Positions 52,867-63,290 of a DNA stretch of 64,000 bases are shown in pieces. Made by a program: the position numbers and the translations under genes. Below the pieces are notes generated by a model. That model was not told the DNA's origin. It saw nothing but the letters and a program-made list of their open reading frames with translations, and made no database searches. How positions within the stretch are numbered: the stretch's first letter is position 1; each line of letters starts with the position of its first letter. Source of the DNA: Entomortierella parvispora E1425 (taxonomy: Eukaryota; Fungi; Mortierellomycota). The stretch covers positions 310,001 through 374,000 of the forward strand of contig BQFW01000011.1 of the NCBI GenBank assembly GCA_020891255.1, written 5' to 3'.

Positions 52867-52939
52867 TGTTCCCGGCCGGGTTCGAACCAGCGATCTTCAC
52901 TTAGTAAGAGTGACGCGCTAACCACTACGCTACGAGAAC
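52867..52939 (-). tRNA. tRNA-Val(TAC), intronless, with atypical U37
   Basis: GTTCTCG/CGGGAAC acceptor stem, A73, TCACT-CTTACTA-AGTGA anticodon arm, GCTGG-TTCGAAC-CCGGC T arm; TTTT terminator directly after. Confidence 0.9.
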
Positions 52940-53288
52940 ACATCCATATCTTGAGTCAGAAAAGATATAATTTGTTGAACCTAACGGATTCTGATCACGT
53001 GATACTGATACCCGTGATCACGATTTGTGGTTAGGGTCAGGGCTGTCCACACGCCGAGGGTCAGGGCTGTCCACAAAGGACGGGGGACCAGGCCAGATAA
53101 TAAGCCCCGTACCCGAGGGACCTTTGACAAGAAAAAAAAAGGGGGCAGGTGGGACCGCTGTGGTAAGCCAATTGACGCGATACTGTATTCAGTCAGTTTC
53201 CTTTGACAGTGAAGAGAAAAAAAAAAAAAAAAAAAAAAAAGAGGTCACATGAGCAACGTGCGTGAGAGCATCTTTCTCCATCACATTA

Positions 53289-55764
53289 ATGTCAGTTCCA
53301 CCACCACTTCCCCAGCGAAGGCCCCTCTCTACGAACTCTTTGGGGTCAGAGACAGCGCAGGACAGACTACTCGTATGTACAAGTGTTCTCCAAAGGAGTG
53401 AGAATGAATGGTCACTGATTTTCTTCTTTCCATCCTGCGCGTGTAGAACTCACCCTCCATCACAACTGATGCATGTCATGAATCATCGAGTCTTGAAGGG
53501 ACAGAGCTAACTAGACCCTCACCAGTGCAGTCTGCACCTACGCTATTCCTAACTCCGGCGTCTTCTAGTGGTAGCAGCGTTATGAACGGCGCCTATCCAT
53601 CGGTGCAAGCACAACCTCACAGTGGGCTAGACTCAGCGTTTGCAACTCGAACTGCGCAAAGCCATCAGAATGCTCAATTAGCGCGGAATAAAGAGGAAGT
53701 CTCCTTTCAGTTCGACCGTCAGGTACAAGAGATTCGACGGAGAAGAACTGTTGCAAAAAAGACACCAAGACCAGATCGCGATAACTTCACAAGAATTGAG
53801 AGTGAGACTGGGAAGCGAGTCCTGGATGTTCAACTCTATATATGGGCGGTAAGTGCGTCAGTAACTCAATTAGGTATTGAGATTGTGGATACCTTCTCTG
53901 ATCGTTTTTTTTTCTTTTTACCTGCCGTTTAGTACTTTACGTACTTCGTTGAATCCTTGGCGCGCGATGACAAAGTCCAGAAGGCTGGACCACTCCAGTG
54001 GTCCAAGATCAGAGCGTTGCTCAGTCGACTTTATGATACATCCAGTCCCGCACAGTCCCTGGGGCTATATGTTGAACACATTATGTATTGGAAGAGTCCT
54101 CTACTGACAACTGCGTGGTGCACTGTAAGTGTCTCCTCTTTTCGTGATGTACCGTCAGCCTTGCTTCTGTCTAACACAGAATATTCATTTTCATGGTGAA
54201 AGCTATATTTCTCGCTCTGGTTCTACAAGCTGTGGTTGCCAGGATTTATTTCCTTGTTCCTACTGAAAATAATCAACAACAGATTCGGACTCTTGGACAA
54301 TTTCAAAGAAATCCTTCAAATACCAGATACAAGATCTCATTTGAATCAAAGTGACGGTACCAAAGGAAAAGAGCCAAGGAGAAGCACTAAGATGCATTCA
54401 CAATTACGAGAACTCATCCATTCCAAGGATCTCACGGATTGGATCTCACAGATGACCAAGATCTGGGGGCCTTATGGACAAGCGCTGCTGGACGAGAATA
54501 TTAGCTATCTGGAACGACTGAAGAAGTAAGCTTGTTTATATTCTAAGGCGGAGGCTAGAGCAAGTTTTTGACCAAAATACTGTATATTTTCTTGATAGTC
54601 TGATCCATTGGGAAAAGCCGGATCAAACATGGCGCGTGGTCACATTATTAGTGTTTTACATTTTCATCTCGACATTCTTTCAGTTCATGGTCGTGCCTGC
54701 TGTTGGTGAGTTCTTCCCACCCGGTCCATTTCTCCTTGCACAGTTTCAGAGAGGTCAAAATTTAACCTTAGCCTTTGTACATATGATAGGATTTTTTATT
54801 GGAGTCGAATTTTTCTTTCTTCTGCCACTACAAAAATTTTACCCTCGGTTTAGCCATGTCTTCTCTCCAGTGGAATGGATATTATGGGGTGTCCCCACCA
54901 ATGCTGAGCTTGTGGTTGAGCAAATGACTAGGCAACAAGAGGACCGGGAGCTTCGACAGCAAGCTGTTTTGTCTGAGAGTGATAGTCAGTACCCTTGCGG
55001 AGGTCCCTCTCCGTCCTCAGCAGCTTTTAGAAGCACCGCCGTCACTAATGCGATGATAGGGGCCACGGCAGGGGTGGCGTCTGCCGTTGCTAGTCAGTCA
55101 TCAGTGGAGGAGATTAAGAGAATGGAACAACGTCAGGAGTTTTCACCGTGGCACTTAGATGAAATACAGGACGACCGAGATACTAATCAGAAAGATTCAG
55201 CTTCGTTTATGGCGAGCTTGTCACCTGCATCCAAGATTAAATATGAGTACCAGAAACGAACACGGAGAGCTCGATCAGGATCGAACGTATCGTCAGGGTC
55301 TATGGATATAATGCACAGCCCAGAAGAGCCTCAAGAACGCTCTGGTAATTCGACGAACACACAGCACTCTATATCTGAAGCCATATTCTCATGTTTATCG
55401 CTCTAACATTCTTACTCTGTTTGTTCTACTCGTCCGCCACCTCCCCCTTTACTGTTTCGTACCCCATCTAGAATTTCACTGCATATTACGAGGAAAGCCC
55501 GGGAAATTGATTATAACTGAGGAGGCTCTCTTATTCAGATCCTCTAAACTATTGGGCCGTGAGACCGAATTGCAGATCCATTGGGAAGATATTGATACTA
55601 TCAGAAAATCGAAGTCGATGAACTTGGGGATATGGTCGATGCCTGGACTCGACGTCACCGATGTCGACGGCCGTGTCTTGGCATTCCAGAATGTAGTTCA
55701 TCGCGACGAAGCTTTCAGGAAGTTGGTCGTGACTTCTGGAAAGAAGTGGACGCATGTTGCATGA
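53289..55764 (+). CDS. Membrane protein with a C-terminal GRAM/PH-like domain, multi-exon
   Basis: ATG MSVPPPLPQRR; hydrophobic segments WKSPLLTTAW, WEKPDQTW, EWILWGVPTNAE; last exon GKLIITEEALLF..IHWEDIDTIRK..FQNVVHRDEAF. Start codon is tentative. Confidence 0.7.
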
Positions 55765-56147
55765 AAACTGAACTGAGTTTCCATATACATACAGTGAAGG
55801 ACAAAACTGTCTCATGTTTTCAAATTTTTCTATTACGCGTGAACGCTCCATCATAAACGCGTCAATTGCTCTATGCTTTTGAAATATGGATGATATATCA
55901 ATGAAGTAGATGTGTGCGAAGTTTGGGATCACAAATCTTCGTCACAAATTCTAATTGTAGTCGCAGACTACGAATAATAGTAGTAGTCATACATATATAC
56001 AGTTGCAGACTACACTCTTTAATTATAGTCTCCTGACTACATTCCATATCCATAGTTCGAAACTTCAGACAATGGCGACTTTTCCGTCAACTTGTGAATT
56101 TGGATAAACAACCAAACACTGGTGGGATCCATAGAATTAGTGATATT

Positions 56148-56258
56148 TGCAATAGGAGTATCGAGGGTGGAGTGGAGACAAGAAGTGAGTTTTATTATAT
56201 TGCAAGTTTCTAGCTTTTGTAGGTACACATCGCGTGATGTCACCGTATTCCTGTTACA
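56148..56258 (-). mobile_element. 111-bp LTR-like unit (TGTAAC...ATTGCA), copy 1
   Basis: 110/111 identical to 58165-58275 in inverted orientation; preceded on its own strand by TCCAC (56263-56259). Confidence 0.85.
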
Positions 56259-56731
56259 GTGGAGGAGATGAGGTTGTTGCCTCAGGAGGCGTGAGTTCAA
56301 TATAGCGAGGGTCATTTCCTTCATCAGAAGATGATCTTGAGACTTCTGAGGGTGTCCTCTCAGGCGAGGACTCTTCTGGTGTTTGATTCTTGGTCTCATT
56401 GGTTGAGTCTTCCGTGGGTGTATTCTCTGGCGAGGACTCTTCTAATATTTGATTCTTAATCTCATTGGGCGGTGCAACTGGAGGAAGAATGGTGTCAACT
56501 CCTCCAAGTTTCGCGTGTGAATCAGACTCTTTTTCGATTGGGGCACTGGCCTTTTTTTCGGCGGATCAATGGCTCATCCTCTTCCTCGTCCTCATCCTCC
56601 TCAATTGATGGTGAACGAGCTTTACGCTTGATTGTGCGCTTGATGGTAGGGGTGTCTGGAAGGGACACTAGGGAAGGATTAGGGCAATCCTGCCGTCGTG
56701 AGAGAATACGCTTTTTTGGAGGGCTGGGCAT
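56259..56731 (-). pseudogene. 5' piece (X) of a disrupted 446-aa ORF, now inverted
   Basis: ATG 56731 (MPSPPKKR); one extra A in the A7 run at 56552-56558; then open to the LTR junction; includes a 66-nt tandem duplication (56359 vs 56425). Confidence 0.75.
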
Positions 56732-57078
56732 TGTTTGGTTGGGGAGCAATATAAAGGATGGTTACAAAACACCCACGTCCTTTTTTTTCTGCCCTGCGAC
56801 AGTCATGTTTGAAACATTTTTCGGGGAGAATTCAGATTAGAGACTAAATAAGTCCGACTAGCGAATGTCAGAATAATTTTATTCTTCGGACAACTAAAAA
56901 AAAATTGTGTCATTTTATTTGAAAGGCACAATAGCATTTATTATTTTGTTTAGTTTCAGTTTTTTTTTTCTATAAAGAAGGGAGCAAAATCCATTTTGCT
57001 CCTGGTTGCCTTTTTCCCTTACGATTCCTACCAGTACACTTTTGTTGAACCCTTCAGAACACAAACATACATCCCCCT

Positions 57079-57161
57079 CTTCCTGCCCGATATCCCCTTT
57101 GCAGCAGCAGCAAGCTCGACGCCTTAATTCCGATTGCTGAGACTATTAGTAGCTAGTCTAA
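57079..57161. repeat. 83-bp core shared with the ~507-bp solo LTR family, inside a more diverged relative
   Basis: 82/83 identical to 62423-62505; flanks align only loosely. Confidence 0.85.
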
Positions 57162-58164
57162 ACCTCCTCCATATCACAGACCTATTGCGTTCTGTTGATC
57201 GACCTTGTATACTCACAAGTTACGATCTCCCCCGTCCTCGTCAAGTCCCGTCAAGAACCTCGGCCAACCACTTCTCCGTGTCCTTGCTCACTTACGAGGT
57301 ACCAACAATGTCTTGTCTCTTTTGAGTGGACTTGTACGATCTTGGCATCCCACCCTGAGGCCTTAACTGGCGCTTGGGCACCCTGAGACCGTAACTGGTG
57401 CTTGGGAACCTCCCTTATCTTCTCGTCGCCTTCCCTCGAGTCCCTCCTGAACCCTCAGTTAGGCGGCCTTGTCCCCTTTCCCTGATAGAATACTTCTAGC
57501 CTTGCTCTTACTGATTAGATCCCTTCAATCCTCCCTTGTTGTTGTTATTAGTTAGTATAGTACCTAGTGTTCGCCTCCGTAGTTGTTTATGTGCCGGATC
57601 AGGCCTCTGACCCTTAATTTTTAGTTGACGAAGATATATCAGCGCCTCCAGCGCTCTCTCATTAAAACAGATCTCTTCTTCCGTCTCGTCATTACTCGTA
57701 CCCATACTTACTCACGTTGACGGGGACCTCCTGCCCCGCACACTCATGAGCACGGGTGGCTGTTTGCGCTGCGATTGACCTAAATACCGCAACAACCCGA
57801 GACGGGAAAAGCCCCCGGCGATCAATAGCTGTCCAGGACCTGATCGTCGAAACCCCCTTCCTCCTCTGGACAAAGGGAGTGTCCCTTGAAAAGTATATGG
57901 CACACGGAGTCAGTGAGAATAAGAGAGGGATCTCTGTTTTATTGAACCGGTCAGGATATTATCCTGACCGTTGCCTCCGTGACTGTGCCTTGCTGCCAGC
58001 AGCATCATTTGCCGCTGCGCCACCAAATTATGCGACAGAACTTCCCCTCCCATGGAGAGCGAAGCGCGGGTTGACACTACTGGTCAGTGAGAGCCTCCTG
58101 GAATCCTGAATGTTATTCCAGATGCATTGTCCAGAGCATTTCCTGATGATCTATGGGAGGAAAG

Positions 58165-58275
58165 TGTAACAGGAATACGGTGACATCACGCGATCTGTAC
58201 CTACAAAAGCTAGAAACTTGCAATATAATAAAACTCACTTCTTGTCTCCACTCCACCCTCGATACTCCTATTGCA
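58165..58275 (+). mobile_element. 111-bp LTR-like unit, copy 2, with polypurine tract
   Basis: GGGAGGAAAG (58155-58164) precedes TGTAAC; followed by TCCAC (58276-58280); contains TATAATAAA. Confidence 0.85.
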
Positions 58276-58280
58276 TCCAC

Positions 58281-58732
58281 CCTCCCGTTCTCGCAAATCA
58301 ACTCCTGGGCGTCGTGATATCGAAGTTCCTGATGCCATTTCTATCCGGATTAACCTTTACTACGGCGCGCCACTCCAAAGGTGCCGAATTCGAAAGAGTT
58401 GGCCCGAACCTGTAGTCTGGAGTTTTAAATGGGAGGAAGATGACATCGACTCATTAGCTGCCAAGCTGCGTCGTCGCACAACCGCTCCTTCACTGAAAGA
58501 CTTTATATGGCCGCAGGATCAGGCGCTCCACGTTAAACCCACACACAATGCAGCACAGCAATACTATCAACCATTGGATATTGGCAATTATAAAGTGAAA
58601 CTCAAGCGTGCTTGGACTGCTGAGTCAAGGCGGTTGCCAAATGTCGATGACATAGTTGTGGACGTCTTCGCGTACTTGACAGATAATCGGCCTCAGGCAC
58701 TCGGTTCCGGGGGCAAGGATCAAATCAGAAGA
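58281..58732 (+). pseudogene. Middle piece (Y) of the disrupted 446-aa ORF
   Basis: Stop-free (PSRSRKSTPG...ALHVKPTHNAAQQ...GKDQIRR); joins X in frame across TCCAC and joins Z in frame across the Helitron. Confidence 0.75.
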
Positions 58733-59265
58733 TCCCCCAAACAAGAAGGCAACACGGATTTCGTGACCGTCTTTTTGGTGCAATTTGATTGGTTATCGCT
58801 AAGTCATGTGACCATCCCGTTGCAATCAAACAATCACACAAATGCAGCTTACTTACACCTCCGTCTTTTACACCTCCGTCTTTTTTTTATATATTATTTA
58901 TTACATATTCGTTATATAATATTTTCCTTGGCTCCTCATTCCTGAACTTCCTTATTATGCATGCATGCATGCTAATTAACAAGTACAGTGTACACCTCCG
59001 TCTTTTTTTTTATCAAGTTTAATATGTATAATATTCGTTTTATTAATATAAATGATTTAATTATTAAATTAAAAAGAAATTCGCGGGGGGGGTTTTTTTT
59101 TTCGTTTTTCTGTTACCCTGTTACCATTTCCGGCCATCTATTCTTCCTCACTCCCACTCTCACTCCCTCTCTCCGCCAGTATTTCCTCTTGCCTCTGCTC
59201 CTGTCTCCCTCTCTCACAGGCCCATGTCCTTTCTGTCTAGGCACCAAAGCCGGAGCGTTTGTAAG

Positions 59266-60160
59266 GGCAGATGACGGCCATGCCATGCCACCCAGATGAC
59301 GACCAGATTAGAGTCAGCCACTAGATGGCCACCAGATAATAACCCATACCAGCCAGATAATAGCCAGATGACGGTCAGCGCTGTGGTGTTGCTACAATGG
59401 GTTGGGGATCGGTCGTAGCTCAAGGAGAGAGGGGCTGGTCACAAGTGATCAAGGGAAAGGGGATTGCTTGCGAGGGGGAGGATAGACGTTGCAGGATCTC
59501 ACTGTCTAAACTGTGTGAACCAAGTATCAATAAAGATCTCAGTCGGGTGGAAGCTCAAGACTTGTACGAAGGCAAGCTTGATCGGCAGAACAGGGTCTGT
59601 GATATCCAAAGGTAAAGGGGGGGGAGGAGGTTAGACTAGCTACTAATAGTCTCAGCAATCGGAATTAAGGCGTCGATCTTGCTGCTGCTGCAAAGGGGAT
59701 ATCGGGCAGGAAGTGGGGGGGGGATGTGTATGTGTTCTGTAACGATCAAACAAAAGCAAACGAAAAAGTAGGGAAGGAAGCGACCCAGAGCAATTACTGC
59801 TCTGAACACGAAATTATATTAACGCAATCTTTTAAGGGTATCTAAACTGACTTCTACAAATGTGTGATCCGTATCTACTACACCACAGCGCCAGGCAGAT
59901 GGTCACCATCTGACCTGTGCCAGCAAGATGATGGCCCATTACAGCGAGATGGGGGGCAGATGACGGTTAGCGCCGGGTAGATGGCGACGAACAGACCTGT
60001 GCCAACAAGATGGCGACCCATGCCAACAAGATGGCGACAGATGGCGACGAACTGTCCTCTACCAGCAAGATGATTGACCTGCGTCGACCAGATGACGGTC
60101 AGCGCGCAGTTAGATGTCCTGTTATAACAAGTTGATTGACATGCGCCTCTCAGATGACCG
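59266..60160. repeat. Irregular AGATG-core minisatellite (e.g. CCAGATGACGGTCAGC), interrupted by solo LTR A
   Basis: About 16 AGATG cores counted; related units recur at about 60990-61110; (ACAAGG)n follows at about 60174-60197. Confidence 0.8.
59382..59887. mobile_element. Solo LTR A (506 bp)
   Basis: Termini TGTGGTGT...ACACCACA; 4-bp TSD GCGC (59378-81 and 59888-91); near-identical inverted copy of 62249-62756. Confidence 0.9.
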
Positions 60161-60906
60161 CAATGAGGGGGGACAAGGACAAGGACAAGGACAAGGACGA
60201 GGCAACTGTTAAGGTAACTAAGCGTCCTTCGCTGCCTTCCATCTCTACTCGATACCAGCCAGACAGCTTACATGTAACGGCTCTTTCCAATTGATTGTCA
60301 CTCTCAATGCTGCTGTCATATATCAGAATTACCTCAATAGACATGAAGATTCGACTTGAAGAGATAAGATAGGAGTGTGAAAACTACCGCTTTTTTCTCC
60401 ACCACTTATCACTTGCGTCTATTCAGCGTGGCACTAGCGGCAGATAGGGGCAAGGATAGGGAGGTACAGGAAGAAAGCAGAGGACGCGTATTACTTTGAA
60501 GAAAAGAAAGAGCAGGTAGGATTGATTTTTTGGAGAAAAAAAACAGCATGGAAGCACCGCGCGACTCGAGTGTTCCGGAATATCTCACATTCTTTTGTTT
60601 TTCCCTTTCCATAGTCCATCCTTCTTCACTCCTTCCCCTCTCCGGTGGAGTACCATCTCTCTCTGCCAGTGTTGCCTCCTGCCTCTGCTCCTATTTCCCT
60701 CTATCTGTTGGTGCTCAAGTAACTTTCTAAGAGCCACAGGCCCATGTCCTTCCTGTCTAGGCATCAAAGCTGCAGCGTTTATAATAGCAGCAATAGAGGT
60801 ATGTGCCTGGAATGGCAACGGTTCCTTATTTTTGCTGTTTCTCACTGTTGACCACTTGAAATTGTCGCGCGCACACTTTGCTCTGTCGGGGCAGCGGCAA
60901 TTAAAC

Positions 60907-60940
<34 letters not shown>

Positions 60941-61979
60941 GTTTAAGCGCTTTACCTGACGCTGACTTCTTTCCATCCATCATCCTTTCTACCAGATGTT
61001 CTGCAAATGACCTGCGTCGATCACATGGAAGCCAGATGGCGACCAACTATCCTGTGCCAGCGAGATGATTGACCTATGTCGACCAGATGACGGCCAGCCC
61101 TCAGCCAGATGTCCTGTTGTAATAAAACAATGAGAGGGGACAAGGACAAGGGCAACTAATAAGGTAACTAAAACGCCTTTCGCTGCCTTTCATCTCTACT
61201 CGATACCAGCCAGATAGCTTGCCCTGTCTAATTGTCAGGCACCAGGTGGTCAAATACTGTAATCTTTTCTGATGACCTTTTCTTTTTGTAATGGTTCTTT
61301 TCAATTGATAGGCAATGCCTCTGTCATTTACAAAGCTTCCATCGTTTATCAACATTTCCTCACTGGACATGAAAAATTCGACTTGAAGAGATAAGGATAG
61401 GAGTATGGAACTACCGCTTTTTTTTCTACTACTTATCACTTCCGTCTATTACTTGGTGGCGCTAGAGGTACTGTAAGTAGGGGCAAGGACGGGGGCACAG
61501 GAAGAAGGCAGAGGATGCGAATTATCAAAGGAAACGTAGTGGCTATTAAACTCGCCTTGATTCAAGGCTGGCATGCATTCGCCTTACTGTTGGTAGTAGA
61601 GCCACCAAAAGTGGGGCATTGTGCGGTATCCAATAATCTCCGCTTCGCATCATGTAGGTAAGTAACATGAAAGTGCCAGTAACCAAATGCCAAAGCAAAT
61701 GTTACAAGAGAGGTTGATTCTACTCATCGACAATATGAAATAAATCACAGTATAAATTTGAACAAGTATAATGTGGTGCCACGAAGACCCGTGGCGTGAC
61801 CCACGGGCACATGGCTACGCGTTAAATGTTTGCTTAAAATTAAAAAACTATAATAGCTGATTAGTCTAGGTTTATTAATAATATAATAATGATAAAATGA
61901 AGCCTTCAATAAAATATTATCGAAAATCAGATGCCATCGTCTTGATTGGGTGCCGCGGCGAAGCTGCGGGTGCCGCTAG

Positions 61980-62908
61980 TCATCAAAAAGCCGCATCCAA
62001 GCCTCTGCCGACCACATTCAAAAAGCAATCGGCGATGGCAGGTTGCAGCCATTGGGCGAGATAACAATGGCGCATTTTGCAAGGCACTTAGCAAAGAGGC
62101 CTCCCCCCTCTACAGACGATCCTCCGACATTACCTCAAACTGCAACATTTCGTCAAATGCAACACTTGGACAGACAGAAGGAAGCACTCGAGCAGCGTAC
62201 AGCAGCAGAGAATGAGGTGAGGCAAAATGAATATTTTTCATTCAACGCTGTGGTGTAGTAGATACAGATCACACATTTGTAGAAGTCAGTTTAGATACCC
62301 TTAAAAGATCGCGTTAATATAATTTCGTGTTCAGAGCAGTAATTGCTCTGGGTCGCTTCCTTCCCTACTTTTTCGTTTGCTTTTGTTTGATCGTTACAGA
62401 ACACATACACATCCCCCCCCCACTTCCTGCCCGATATCCCCTTTGCAGCAGCAGCAAGATCGACGCCTTAATTCCGATTGCTGAGACTATTAGTAGCTAG
62501 TCTAACCTCCTTCCCCCCCCTTTTACCTTTGGATATCACAGACCCTGTTCTGCCGATCAAGCTTGCCTTCGTACAAGTCTTGAGCTTCCACCGGACTGAG
62601 ATCTTTATTAATACTTGGTTCACACAGTTTAGACAGTGAGATCCTGCAACGTCTATCCTCCCCCTCGCAAGCAATCCCCTTTCCCTTGATCACTTGTGAC
62701 CCGCCCCTCTCTCCTTGAGCTACGACCGATCCCCAACCCATTGTAGCAACACCACAACGCCAAAATCCAAATCAAAAAATCAGAGCTACGACAAGCGCTC
62801 TCACTCCCTGACATGGACTTGGATGGGCTTGTGAACTTCAGACCTGGCGATATCGATCCTCCAGGAGAGGATATGAATGATGTTGACCATGAAGACGATG
62901 AACACTAG
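61980..62908 (+). pseudogene. 3' piece (Z) of the disrupted 446-aa ORF, split by solo LTR B
   Basis: 61980-62248 plus 62761-62908 read in frame: SSKSRIQASA...YFSFNA|KIQIKKSELRQALSLPD...DVDHEDDEH*. Confidence 0.75.
62249..62756. mobile_element. Solo LTR B (508 bp), opposite orientation to A
   Basis: Termini TGTGGTGT...ACACCACA; 4-bp TSD ACGC (62245-48 and 62757-60). Confidence 0.9.
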
Positions 62909-62915
62909 ATACGAT

Positions 62916-63290
62916 TTACTTGCTGAAGACCAACGAACGACGATCGTAGCCACAATGAGAAAATATATCTACTGCCAAATCCTCTCTACGTGAATATCGC
63001 ATGAATGCCAAGTCCAGAACAGGCTCTGGCAGGTGGTGGTAAGCAAGATAACCATCTTTCTGAATAAGTCGCTTGACCAAAGAAAACCCAGTTTCGATGG
63101 GGTTAAGATGGGGGGAGTAAGGTGGCAAAAAAAAAAGCAGTGCGCCTCGACTTTCCACTGCCTCCTCAAACTGCTTGTACATATGAATACGGGCGTTGTC
63201 AATTATAACAATCGAGTTTCGCATTGGGTACGGGTTAAGATTTGGTAAGATGGTTGAAACAAAAGCATCATGAAACGATTGTCGAGTATG
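62916..63290 (-). mobile_element. 5'-truncated Tc1/IS630-family (DDE_3-type) transposase remnant
   Basis: FVSTILPNLNPYPMRNSIVIIDNARIH and LFFLPPYSPHLNPIE (second D and the E of the triad); the first-D region and DNA-binding domain are missing. Confidence 0.85.

Larger units (their letters stand above)
58733..61979 (+). mobile_element. Non-autonomous Helitron (3247 bp including a nested solo LTR)
   Basis: A|TC 5' end; 3' hairpin CCGCGGC-GAA-GCTGCGG (61953-61969), then 6 nt, then CTAG|T; no TSD; removal restores the reading frame (QIRR|SSKSRIQ). Confidence 0.8.

Noticed and set aside
53216-53240. Long homopolymers (A run here, T run at about 60909-60939, C run at about 20227-20242) as retroposed poly(A) tails
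   Set aside because: No flanking TSD or SINE/LINE body was recognised; such runs are common in these intergenic regions.
57508-58109. ORFs of 65-117 aa inside the inverted segment as gag/pol of the 111-bp LTR family
   Set aside because: No RT, RNase H, integrase or zinc-knuckle motif was found, and no 5' LTR or PBS was located.
58984-59006. TA|CAGTGTACACCTCCG as a Tc1/Stowaway-like TIR
   Set aside because: No convincing inverted partner (only a partial GAGGTACTGTA near 61466); it lies inside the Helitron boundaries.
59378-59891. MITE with 12-bp TIRs (GCGCTGTGGTGT...ACACCACAGCGC)
   Set aside because: The outer GCGC is a self-complementary 4-bp TSD; copy B has ACGC as a direct repeat, showing the true ends are TG...CA.
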